Positions 9,485-18,424 of a stretch of 40,930 nt of DNA are shown piece by piece. The DNA is from a virus (lineage: Duplodnaviria > Caudoviricetes): the IMG/VR virus record IMGVR_UViG_3300028586_000783, positions 1-40,930 of that record; one strand, 5' to 3'. Within the stretch, counting starts at the first letter, position 1. Each line of letters starts with the position of its first letter. The position numbers and the translations under genes were made by a program. The notes beneath the pieces were generated by a model that ran no database searches, had not been told where the DNA came from, and saw only the letters and a program-made list of their open reading frames with translations.

Positions 9485-10422
9485 TACGATACCGTTCTAT
9501 TAATTTTTTTTCCAACAATTTTTTCAATCTTTATTAATTGTGGTTTTAAAATATCATTATCCTTAAAAGATTTGGTAATTAATAATATTCCCATCAGATC
9601 ATTGACATTTGCTATCTCTGTACAAAAGAGTTGAATAAACTTTTTTGCTTTATGGAAATCCTGTTCAAGAAAATATTCTTTTAATTTGTAGTGGATACTT
9701 TTAATGCTTTCAGTGCCCTCATAGTGATAGAAATCCTCGATAAAATTGCGGAATTCCGCCACGTATTCTGCATCGTCGTCAATATAAAGATCACAAAAAC
9801 GATAAACCATCTTTTCGCCTTTCATATATGCCCAAGCGGAAAAATGAATATCCCTAAACAAAAGCCCACCTATTTGACTTGACTCAGATTCTTCACATTG
9901 GAAGGTCAACTTTCTATACCCTTCTCTTATATGAAAATTTTGTTTTCTTTCTCCTCCACTTGCAAAAGCGCGGTTATAAAAAAATTCAAGCTTGTAATCT
10001 TTCAAATCCGTATCTGTAGCTTTTGTACTTCTAAATGTTCGTTTGAAAAATTTATTGATTACAACTTTTTTATCATTTCTTACATATAGTATGTCGATTT
10101 TTAAATCTGATCTTAACGCATCCTGAACAACTTTTAAATTTCGGACATAAACATTATTCCTCCCTTTTTCATTTCGAATAACTTTTAAGCTATTATCCGT
10201 AACAATTTTTAAATGATCACCGCCACCGTCATCGTTGATTTGCAAACATGCGCTGCCTGGACGCACACCAATTTTCAAATCTGGAGACGCTTCAAAACCG
10301 ACGATATTTTTTAGGGCAGTTAGGATATTAATAAACTGGTCAGTTGCGTACAATGACATATTGTGCAACTCCAAATCTTCACCATCGGTGTCAGATTTTA
10401 TTTTTATTTCGATATGATCCAT
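9484..10422 (-). CDS. Hypothetical accessory protein, coupled to the downstream gene
   Basis: Long AT-rich ORF; likely start MDHIEIK at 10422; its stop overlaps the next start (TAATG). Confidence 0.75.
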   Translation of the reverse strand: MDHIEIKIKSDTDGEDLELHNMSLYATDQFINILTALKNIVGFEASPDLKIGVRPGSACLQINDDGGGDHLKIVTDNSLKVIRNEKGRNNVYVRNLKVVQDALRSDLKIDILYVRNDKKVVINKFFKRTFRSTKATDTDLKDYKLEFFYNRAFASGGERKQNFHIREGYRKLTFQCEESESSQIGGLLFRDIHFSAWAYMKGEKMVYRFCDLYIDDDAEYVAEFRNFIEDFYHYEGTESIKSIHYKLKEYFLEQDFHKAKKFIQLFCTEIANVNDLMGILLITKSFKDNDILKPQLIKIEKIVGKKINRTVS

Positions 10423-10667
10423 AACTGGTAAATATATAATAATGAACAATATTACATAAAATAATTAAGTATTACATATCACCAACCAGATATGAGTGAA
10501 ATAATGGAGATAGGCTAAGTAATTAAAGGTAAATTGCAGTACATAATTGGCAATTGTATCTTTAGATATAAACACCTATGAACTTTTATTATCATAAAAA
10601 TCTAATTCTTAGCGCTTATTACCAGCCTCAATATTTCAAGTAAGTTCATCCGGCTGAAACAAATGAG

Positions 10668-10700
10668 AAAAAAAAACCACTAATATAAGTGGCTTTTTTT
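10668..10700. terminator. Intrinsic terminator after the YodC-like gene
   Basis: A-tract, CCACT-AATATA-AGTGG, T-tract. Confidence 0.65.
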
Positions 10701-10908
10701 ATTCTACTTTTTCCAAAGCATCTTGATGAAATCGTGCAGATTTTAAATCTCCCTTACTATCAAACCAAGAACAATCAACGCGGCCATTGAAATAGGACGG
10801 ACCACTTAGATTAAGAGTTTTATCAAAATTGTTAACCGCCATCACTGGACCTCCACTCTTTAACCGCACCTGATCACCAAGTACAAAAGTTTTTGTAATT
10901 TCACTCAT
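10699..10908 (-). CDS. YodC / DUF2158 family protein
   Basis: GDQVRLKSGGPVMAV...CSWFD...F...L signature. Confidence 0.85.
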   Translation of the reverse strand: MSEITKTFVLGDQVRLKSGGPVMAVNNFDKTLNLSGPSYFNGRVDCSWFDSKGDLKSARFHQDALEKVE

Positions 10909-10958
10909 ATTGATTAAATTAAATTTCTACTAAGTTAATTAAATTCGACATAATATAT

Positions 10959-11360
10959 TTAGTTTTTATTTTTTCTAATTTGCTCGGCACGTTGACCCAT
11001 GGTCATACGGTTTTCGTCAGGATCAATATCAAAAACCGGTGCATTTTGCCCTCCCAAGTATTCGCGCTCTATCATCGCCTGTCGTTCTTCATCAAGCTTA
11101 CGTTTATACGAACGTTTGCCAACAATTAACTGGCAGTTATAGTACATTTTAGCAAGCATAATATGTAATGGTTCATTACTAAAAATTTTCTCATATATAA
11201 GCCTGTCGCCATCGGCCATGTAGGCTAAAAGCTTGCCGGTCTCATGTACCCACCATAAACGTAGACCTAACTCTTTATTATTCATCTCCACTATTTGTAT
11301 AATGTCTGTAAGTTCTGAAAGCGTTAGCCTACCGTATTGAATTTTATCTTTAGTCGTCAT
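10959..11360 (-). CDS. Hypothetical protein
   Basis: 133 aa; minus-strand TACATTTG promoter box at 11379-11386. Confidence 0.7.
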   Translation of the reverse strand: MTTKDKIQYGRLTLSELTDIIQIVEMNNKELGLRLWWVHETGKLLAYMADGDRLIYEKIFSNEPLHIMLAKMYYNCQLIVGKRSYKRKLDEERQAMIEREYLGGQNAPVFDIDPDENRMTMGQRAEQIRKNKN

Positions 11361-11493
11361 AATAAGAAAATATTACAGCAAATGTAATTATGTTAGATTA
11401 TTTTCCAATACCTATAAAAGTTAATAATTAGAAATTGAGCCCAATTCCATATTATATAAATTGTTAGCTTTGTGCAACTAACCAATTAAAATC

Positions 11494-11742
11494 ATGGACG
11501 AAAAAACTATTTACGATTTACAGTTAAATGAAGTTATAACTATTGAGCAAACTACAACTGGATTTACAGAAGTGCGTAAAGTACCTGGTGGATGGATTTA
11601 CACAACGGTAAATTACCATAAACAAAACAGAATTTCCATGAGTTCCCCTCTTGATGGATATGCTCAAAGCAGCGTTTTTGTACCTTTTAAAGAACAGGAA
11701 CAGGCACCTACACATTTTGCACCAATAAGCGGGGGTAGGTAA
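11494..11742 (+). CDS. Hypothetical protein
   Basis: 82 aa, RKVPGGWIY...SVFVPF; TAGCTTTG promoter box at 11465-11472. Confidence 0.7.
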   Translation: MDEKTIYDLQLNEVITIEQTTTGFTEVRKVPGGWIYTTVNYHKQNRISMSSPLDGYAQSSVFVPFKEQEQAPTHFAPISGGR

Positions 11743-11826
11743 TGCAAAACAAAAAAAAACCTTACTGGTATCGTTGGTTACGAGTAAGTTTTAAGAGCCT
11801 TATATATAAAATATTATTTCCTTAAA

Positions 11827-12084
11827 ATGAAAAAAATTCTATTTATCATTTCAACATTCCTAATTTTATCATGTGGCGATGACGATGCCACGCCAACCCC
11901 CACGGGATGCCAAATGAAAGTTTTGCAAATGAGTTCTTCCAGTGACCCGGCTGACTATGCTATAACGTATGGCGTATCATTAGAAGAAAGTGTAACTACT
12001 ATGGTCTCACAAGATGTTTATAATTTCTACATGTCAAGGAGCAACGCCGGTAACGAGTGTTGGATTGGCGAGGTAACACAATAA
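11827..12084 (+). CDS. Small lipoprotein
   Basis: MKKILFIISTFLILS-C lipobox followed by acidic GDDD. Confidence 0.75.
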   Translation: MKKILFIISTFLILSCGDDDATPTPTGCQMKVLQMSSSSDPADYAITYGVSLEESVTTMVSQDVYNFYMSRSNAGNECWIGEVTQ

Positions 12085-12088
12085 TTAA

Positions 12089-12454
12089 ATGAAAAAAATA
12101 TTAATTCTTGCAGCTTGCTTGGTAACCATAACAGCCTGCAAAAAAGGGAACATTGAAACTACAATACCTGATGTAGCCGAAGCCAAAACTGATACCGTTA
12201 ACAATGCAGTTATTGAAGCGGTTAAAAAAGAGCCTAAAGTAAAAGATGCAACTTTAACCGATGCTAACGTGCTTTATGTCGCCGTTTTAAATGATGGAAC
12301 TGATCGTAGCGGCTATGCACAATATATATGCGAAGTTGTAAGGGAAAACAAGGGGACTGCTAAAGTTATCAAGGTGGTAGAATTCGGCACTATGAATAGT
12401 GAGGACAAGAATAATGCATACGGTAAATTACTGGGAGAGAGCCAGTGCGAATAA
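12089..12454 (+). CDS. Lipoprotein
   Basis: MKKILILAACLVTITA-C lipobox. Confidence 0.75.
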   Translation: MKKILILAACLVTITACKKGNIETTIPDVAEAKTDTVNNAVIEAVKKEPKVKDATLTDANVLYVAVLNDGTDRSGYAQYICEVVRENKGTAKVIKVVEFGTMNSEDKNNAYGKLLGESQCE

Positions 12455-12509
12455 AAATTGATTAACAAATATTTTGTAATATTTTTAGAAAATATTTTAT
12501 CTTTGCTAT

Positions 12510-12737
12510 ATGACACGCAAAGAGAGGCTTATAGAGAGAAATAATCAAGTGCGTAAGTTGTTCTATGACATGCAGGATAAAAACCCAAAATGGCGAATTG
12601 ATGCAGTAATTGACGAGGTTGCAAAAAAAGTTTTCCTTTCAACGCGAACCGTAAATGCTATAATTAGCTATGAGGGTACCTATAAAGACAACACGCAAAA
12701 TTTACCGCAACTTACTAATCAGTTAAATATCTTTTAA
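12510..12737 (+). CDS. Mor/C-like late transcription activator
   Basis: ERNNQVR...EVAKKVFLSTRTVNAII HTH; TATCTTTG at 12498-12505, 4 nt before the ATG (probably leaderless). Confidence 0.7.
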   Translation: MTRKERLIERNNQVRKLFYDMQDKNPKWRIDAVIDEVAKKVFLSTRTVNAIISYEGTYKDNTQNLPQLTNQLNIF

Positions 12738-12754
12738 ACACTGTTTAAATTGTA

Positions 12755-12870
12755 TATATTTGCTGCATAAACATTATTACAAAGATCCAGTATAAAAATG
12801 CAGTCGCGGTGTAACATCCAAGACAGCCCACGACAAAGGCCTCTACAATGTAGAGGCCTTTGTTATTTTA
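12755..12870 (+). ncRNA. Candidate small RNA unit (promoter box, hairpin, terminator)
   Basis: TATATTTG at 12755-12762, no plausible protein gene, stem 12803-12834, terminator 12833-12863. Confidence 0.4.
12833..12863. terminator. Perfect inverted repeat (15 bp arms), likely bidirectional terminator
   Basis: ACAAAGGCCTCTACA-A-TGTAGAGGCCTTTGT at the MuF stop. Confidence 0.85.
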
Positions 12871-14035
12871 GGCTGTTTAATGCATCAAACTGCCGCTCTA
12901 TAATTTGTTCCCTGCTCAGGTGTATAGCCTTACCTTTATATTGAAATATCATTCCTTTAATAGTCCTGCCACGTTCAGCGGTAACCTTACGCCTCAGCGT
13001 TTCTATTATTTGCTCAATGTCAAGCTGTTTAATTAAATCCAAATCCCACACAATATAATGAGGTATTTGTTTCGGATTTACGAGCTTATTCATCATTTGC
13101 TCTTTGGCCGCATCGATAACCCCCCTCATGTTATTAAGGCTAAGTATAGATTTCCTATCGCCTAAAAATTGTTTCATTATGAGGTACTCAGGGTTAGTAT
13201 ATTTTTTAACTTCCCGGTGCGCCCTGATAACAAAATCTATATCCAATTCGCGTGCGCATATATCGGCTACCTGGTAATTCCTTTCAAGGTCGTTAACGTC
13301 TGCCGCCTTGCTAATTTTAACTTTAGGATTAGCCGTATCTGCAAGGCCTGTGTCACTTTGCAAAAAGTCGCTCAGGTTCTCTTTTGCTTCCGCAGCATCT
13401 TTGTTGCTAAGCCCATCCTTATAGGCATTCTCATTAAATATTTTTCCAGTTTTAGCGGCGTTGCCTCCTAAAGCTTCTTTTTGCTTAGGCACATAATCGC
13501 TCACATCATTATCGGTTTGGGTTAATGTACACCTGCAACCCCAGTCAAGCGGTGGCGTGTGTGTTTTCCAAAAAGGATGATTAATGGGCAATATCAAGCC
13601 ATCGTATATTTTATGCGAGTCCCTTACCCTTGCATCGCCAACAGTATGAAATTGAATGTTTGGGTATAAATCCTTATCCCGTTCAAAATCTTCCCATTTC
13701 TGAGCCATATTCGCTGTTGCTACAGTATGTACATACTCAGCATGAAGCCACTTTTTGTTGTAGTCAACATTAAGGCCCGCAGCTACTTTTTTAAATTCCG
13801 ACCACGGCAATATTTTGCCGTCTTTGGTTAAGGCGGCTTCGAGCTGCTTTCTAAAGCTGGTTTCCTTAAAGGCAGAAAATTGCGCAATATCATATTTTAG
13901 AGAGTGCGCAAGTGCCGGGTTATACATTTCAGGTTTTGGATGATACCCAATGTCTACACCTTTAGAAAGCTCAGTATTATAATACTGCATTAATTTTTGC
14001 TGATTGTCTTTTGATACCGAACGCTCGTCAAACAT
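12863..14035 (-). CDS. MuF (gpF/SPP1 gp7-like) minor head protein with C-terminal CdiA-like nuclease domain; frame open upstream to 14158
   Basis: TVGDARVRDSH...HPFW..HTPPLDWGCRC MuF motif; C-terminal NPEY..GDRK..AKEQ..IVWDL. Confidence 0.85.
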   Translation of the reverse strand: MFDERSVSKDNQQKLMQYYNTELSKGVDIGYHPKPEMYNPALAHSLKYDIAQFSAFKETSFRKQLEAALTKDGKILPWSEFKKVAAGLNVDYNKKWLHAEYVHTVATANMAQKWEDFERDKDLYPNIQFHTVGDARVRDSHKIYDGLILPINHPFWKTHTPPLDWGCRCTLTQTDNDVSDYVPKQKEALGGNAAKTGKIFNENAYKDGLSNKDAAEAKENLSDFLQSDTGLADTANPKVKISKAADVNDLERNYQVADICARELDIDFVIRAHREVKKYTNPEYLIMKQFLGDRKSILSLNNMRGVIDAAKEQMMNKLVNPKQIPHYIVWDLDLIKQLDIEQIIETLRRKVTAERGRTIKGMIFQYKGKAIHLSREQIIERQFDALNSLK

Positions 14036-14145
14036 CTGCCTTATATAGTCTTCAATCAGCCCGCTTAAAAAATCTTCTTTGCTTAGTGTTATAGCCTGTT
14101 TAGGAACTTCACAGCATTTTGAACGGTAGAATAATTTAAGCAGGC

Positions 14146-15408
14146 TTAACGCTTTCCCTTATCGTCTGCGGGGGCTTTTGCGCCGGGCATGCTTTCAATT
14201 TCTACCCCGTAAGTTTCTTCTAAATAATTTTTACTTAGTACGTAGCCATTGCCCATAATTTGGGTATCTATCTTAATTTGCTCGGTTGGGTCGGTCGTAA
14301 CCTCTATAATGATTTTTGCCTTATCAGGTATATTATACCCTAACTGGCGCATACCAGGTACAACACGGTTATTTAAAAAAGCCAACATTTTTTTTTCGTC
14401 GGCTGTAACAACCTCGCCTAAGGTATTCTCATGTACGTTGCCCTGAGCCTTAGATGCGCCATTTTCCGTTGTCATAGTTTGGTGTAACACTAACTTAGAA
14501 AGCTCGCCATCTAATGCTTTTATTTTTTGGTAAAAGACATTAAAGGAGTCCGTTTTGGCATTCTCTTTTATTTCAACCTCGGTACCCAATGGGAATACTG
14601 CGTAGGGAGCTGAGCCCATTTCTTCCAGCCATCCGGCAACTTCATTTTTAACCGACTCGCTTTGCGAAGCTATTTTTGCTATCCTGATCGGAATACCGAA
14701 TAATTCTTCAAACTCATCCCAACTACCCCAACTATGGCGTTTTAGGATGGTATACGGTGCCGCTTTTTCTAATAGGCCAACATGATCATAAAACTGTGCA
14801 TACCACAAAATATCGGTTATAGTTGAAAAATCTATACCTCTATCGCCGTTAATGTCATATAACAATACTTTTTGCTCAGGGATAACCATACCACGCGGGA
14901 TAAGCTCCATTTCTATAATATTGCCTTTAGTCCATTGCTTTACCAAAAGCAGGCTATGCCCCCTGTAAATGGACTCATGCCCTTTTTCTATGGTGTACTC
15001 GAACCATTCACGGTCTTTAATAAGCTCGGTTAACTTATCGTCCTTTTTGCCATCTATGGCAAATACATAGTTTTTATTGGTAGTCCTAAGGGTTCTATTA
15101 CCTGTTATGCCGGTAAGGTGGCCGTCTAACATAATATCGTCGTACACTTCTTCCATTGGATAAGTGCGGGGTAATTCTGCCTGATAACGGGCATAGCGAG
15201 CCGCCTGCCAATCATTAAGCTCTTTACGCCACAACCTGCGTTGCCTGCGGATAGTGTCAACCATTAAATTCGTAACCTTACTAATGTCTTTAGCATCTGA
15301 GGCTTTCAGGCTAACATTTTTTAAGCCGTTACCGGTTATGTTTAAAGTATCGTTTCTTTTACCTATACTTTTGGCGGCGGCGTTAACTATTTTAGATTTA
15401 TGTTTCAT
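14146..15408 (-). CDS. Portal protein (DUF935 / Mu gp29-like)
   Basis: GLLEKAAP..ILKR...W..F.ELFGIPIRIAK; ELSKLVLHQTMTTENGASKAQGNVHE. Confidence 0.9.
   Translation of the reverse strand: MKHKSKIVNAAAKSIGKRNDTLNITGNGLKNVSLKASDAKDISKVTNLMVDTIRRQRRLWRKELNDWQAARYARYQAELPRTYPMEEVYDDIMLDGHLTGITGNRTLRTTNKNYVFAIDGKKDDKLTELIKDREWFEYTIEKGHESIYRGHSLLLVKQWTKGNIIEMELIPRGMVIPEQKVLLYDINGDRGIDFSTITDILWYAQFYDHVGLLEKAAPYTILKRHSWGSWDEFEELFGIPIRIAKIASQSESVKNEVAGWLEEMGSAPYAVFPLGTEVEIKENAKTDSFNVFYQKIKALDGELSKLVLHQTMTTENGASKAQGNVHENTLGEVVTADEKKMLAFLNNRVVPGMRQLGYNIPDKAKIIIEVTTDPTEQIKIDTQIMGNGYVLSKNYLEETYGVEIESMPGAKAPADDKGKR
14152..14158 (-). other. Putative -1 frameshift slippery site G GGA AAG (portal to MuF)
   Basis: One codon before the portal stop; the -1 frame is the MuF frame. 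Confidence 0.7.
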
Positions 15409-15902
15409 CGTCTTAATCTTTGGTCTAATGCGCGTGTTAATTTGGCTTTTATCTTGTTTTCGAGGTATCGTGATGGCCCTATAAATTGGCGTTTTGGCAT
15501 TCCGTCTTTACCCTCGTTGTGACGCTCTGCATACTCCTTATGAGTAAAAAATGTTACAACGCTATAATTGGAGCTTGCTCGGTAATGAAACGAATTTTTT
15601 AATTTATCCCCACCCGTGTTGTGGCCTACAAGTATTGCCCTGTCTTGGTTCTTGCTGCCATAGCGGTTAAGGTTGCCTTGCCGCCCGGTTCTGTTACTTC
15701 GGTATCGTGTAATATCACGCCCCCGTGAGTCGGTTAACTGTCGCTCAGGCCATGCATCGCGCCCCACATCATTAAAGCCCTGGTCTCTAAAGTTCTTTTC
15801 AATAAAGTTCTTACCCTCAACCCCTACGATAGCAGGCAATAACTGCGGTATTTCACGAGCTGCCCGGTCAAGCATGGCCTGCAATTCTCTTAAATCGCTC
15901 AT
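15405..15902 (-). CDS. Virion morphogenesis protein (Mu gpG-like)
   Basis: NFRDQGF...W..R, YAERHNEG...MPKRQFIG motifs. Confidence 0.85.
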   Translation of the reverse strand: MSDLRELQAMLDRAAREIPQLLPAIVGVEGKNFIEKNFRDQGFNDVGRDAWPERQLTDSRGRDITRYRSNRTGRQGNLNRYGSKNQDRAILVGHNTGGDKLKNSFHYRASSNYSVVTFFTHKEYAERHNEGKDGMPKRQFIGPSRYLENKIKAKLTRALDQRLRR

Positions 15903-15903
15903 G

Positions 15904-16338
15904 CTACCATTTATTTTTATAGGTTTTGTTACTTCCCAACTTCATAAATCTAATATCGCTATCCGGCACACCGTCACTATTAGTATCAACCTGACGAATA
16001 GGCAAAGGTGGTTTTATCTTGTTTTCAGAAACTTTTTCGAGCCAGGTTAAAGCCTCGTTTTTGGCATCTTCCTGATGTTTAGATATGGGGCATTTACGCC
16101 TCATTGATACCTCAAATATTACAATAGCTTTGAGGTGTTTAAGGATCGTTAAATTGCGTTCAGGCCCCAATGTGGAAAAGATGGCAGCAACATCATAATA
16201 TTGATATAAATAGCCGCTCATAACATCTATGCTTTCGCTAATAACATCATCTACAATACTATCATTGTTATTGGTTATAAGGTTGATTATTTCCAATGTG
16301 GCTACCGTTCGCAGCTCGTCTTTTATTAAAAATGCCAT
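15904..16338 (-). CDS. Head-tail adaptor (DUF1320 / Mu gp36-like)
   Basis: YLYQYYDVAAIF...R...A..WLEKV pattern; position in the operon. Confidence 0.75.
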   Translation of the reverse strand: MAFLIKDELRTVATLEIINLITNNNDSIVDDVISESIDVMSGYLYQYYDVAAIFSTLGPERNLTILKHLKAIVIFEVSMRRKCPISKHQEDAKNEALTWLEKVSENKIKPPLPIRQVDTNSDGVPDSDIRFMKLGSNKTYKNKW

Positions 16339-16340
16339 AA

Positions 16341-16835
16341 TTAACTAATAAATGGTTTTGGTATAAAGCCTATCGGTTTGTTTGCATATTGGTAATTAAC
16401 CTGCCTGTAAACAAGTGTGGTAAAATTGAGCCTATAGCTCATAATTCCATCCTTGCTATTGTCTTCAACTTCTTCTCCCGCCTGCTCCAATGGCCTGAAA
16501 GTTTCGCCAAATAAAAATTGTACCTGCTCGGTAACATCATCTAAAAGGTCAATTTCAAGCAGGCCGCCACTTGCATCAGCAGTTCCCTGGTGCTGGTCCA
16601 TCCAACCATCCTTAGTGTAAAGTAAGATATCAATGTCGGCAGTACCTTCCTGCCTGTGCTCAACCATCGTTTGCCACGTGATCTTATTTATTTTAACAAG
16701 GGCGGCAGTCCAATACTGCGGGAATGTTTCTTTATCGCCCTCAAACTGTTTTCGATACAGGTCTACAAGTTCCAGTTTGTCAATGTTGCTTAATGCCTCT
16801 TTTATCCTTAAATATATTTCTTTGCGTGGTGTCAT
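16341..16835 (-). CDS. Putative tail terminator / neck protein
   Basis: Size, VDLYRKQ motif and position between terminase and adaptor. Confidence 0.55.
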   Translation of the reverse strand: MTPRKEIYLRIKEALSNIDKLELVDLYRKQFEGDKETFPQYWTAALVKINKITWQTMVEHRQEGTADIDILLYTKDGWMDQHQGTADASGGLLEIDLLDDVTEQVQFLFGETFRPLEQAGEEVEDNSKDGIMSYRLNFTTLVYRQVNYQYANKPIGFIPKPFIS

Positions 16836-18424
16836 AATCTGCGTTTAGTTTTACGTTTGCCTATCGCGGGCTTGTGGCCGTTTTCTTTTTTGCTATACCC
16901 AAAATAAAGTTGGGCTAAAGCACATGCCCTGTCTAATGTGTCGGGAAAGTCGTCGGTGGTCACACCTTTTTCAAAAGACTTTAATAGCGCCATACCTGCA
17001 TCATAATCTTTTTTAGAGCGGGTTTTCAGGCTCTCATCCCACGTTAATATCTTTCTATGGAAAATGCTTGTTAGCCCCGCAGCAATTCTATTATGCTTGT
17101 CTCCCTGTTGGTGTGTAGGCAAAGGCACATACATGCAATCGCTGTCTTCTGCCGCCTGATTAATGATAGGACTATAAACTGATTCCTGTGCGACTGAGGC
17201 ATCATAAAAGCTTATAGGAGCCATTCCATAATTGGTAAGATATTTTTCTACCCATTGGTAATGAACTTCCATTGCGCTTGGTATCTCGCAACGCTGGCAA
17301 AACATTTCTAAAACCGTTAATGATGTTCCTTGTATACCTAATAGTACTCCCGCCTTATAATCGCCCGTGGCCGTATAACTTAAATCCCAATGTATCAGGA
17401 AGCCGCTAAAAATTTCGAGCCTATGTACAAGCCTGTGTACTATTACATCGGCTTTAAATAGCTTGCCTTCTTCAATAGGGTTATTAAAGTCCTCCCTTTG
17501 GCTTGTGTAATAATCGTCTGAAAGGATAATATTTATAATTTCTTCTTTAGTATCGCGTTCCGGCCAACTGGGTTCCCAACCCTTTATAGTATTGTAATTA
17601 TTCTTATCAATATTAATAGTAGTAAGGTTGGTAACGCTATCGTGAAAATTTGGGTTTTCTTTCCATTGTTCAGAAAGAAAGTCTAATAAGCCGTTTTGAA
17701 CGATGTAATTATTATTTACAATCATGCGGCCACGCTTGCGGTGAAAGGCTTTCGCTAAGTCGCCAGTAAGCTTTTCGCCGTACTTCCTTATCATTTCAGG
17801 GTTCTTAGCCCTGTCACGGTCTTCGCAGTCGTCTACCGAGGCAAAATCTATACGGTTCGAGCCAAAACGTAAACCCCTGAAAGGTTGGTTAAGCCCTAAG
17901 GCCTTAAAGTTTTTTCCGTCTGTGGTCTGGAAATCGCCGTCCGTCCAATCGCCATAGCTGAACTGAACTCCAAAATCTTTAATAAACCTTTCGTTATGTT
18001 GCAGGTGTACCTGTAAATCGCTAAGAAGTATCTTAGCAAGCCCCTCATTCATACCAATAAGTACCGCAAAAAACAATTTGTCATTTTGTTTTAGGTGGGT
18101 AATATTGCCAACATTGCATTGTATGGATTTTCCCGCGCCCCTAAACTTTTTCCTTAGCTGCCTAATGAAAGGGTTATTATAAGCCTTTACATAATCGTTT
18201 ATATGAAAACGAGGCGTAGGCGCATCACCCAACGGCAAGCCGCTATGTATACCGTAATAGTAATCGAAAAACTCGCCGTAGTTTTCAGGCTTTAAAAGGC
18301 GTTTAATTCTCGCCTCCTGCTCTGCGGTGGTCTCTTTTACCAAACTACCGTATGTAAGCTCTTTAATGAGCTTGCTCATTCGCTCAAAGCGTTCTTTTGC
18401 TTCTTTTAGTTCGGTCTTAGTCAT
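16832..18424 (-). CDS. terL: Terminase large subunit
   Basis: FRGAGKS Walker A, RG.R...R.D...VDD Walker B, nuclease motifs HWDLS and DDFPD. Confidence 0.9.
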   Translation of the reverse strand: MTKTELKEAKERFERMSKLIKELTYGSLVKETTAEQEARIKRLLKPENYGEFFDYYYGIHSGLPLGDAPTPRFHINDYVKAYNNPFIRQLRKKFRGAGKSIQCNVGNITHLKQNDKLFFAVLIGMNEGLAKILLSDLQVHLQHNERFIKDFGVQFSYGDWTDGDFQTTDGKNFKALGLNQPFRGLRFGSNRIDFASVDDCEDRDRAKNPEMIRKYGEKLTGDLAKAFHRKRGRMIVNNNYIVQNGLLDFLSEQWKENPNFHDSVTNLTTINIDKNNYNTIKGWEPSWPERDTKEEIINIILSDDYYTSQREDFNNPIEEGKLFKADVIVHRLVHRLEIFSGFLIHWDLSYTATGDYKAGVLLGIQGTSLTVLEMFCQRCEIPSAMEVHYQWVEKYLTNYGMAPISFYDASVAQESVYSPIINQAAEDSDCMYVPLPTHQQGDKHNRIAAGLTSIFHRKILTWDESLKTRSKKDYDAGMALLKSFEKGVTTDDFPDTLDRACALAQLYFGYSKKENGHKPAIGKRKTKRRL

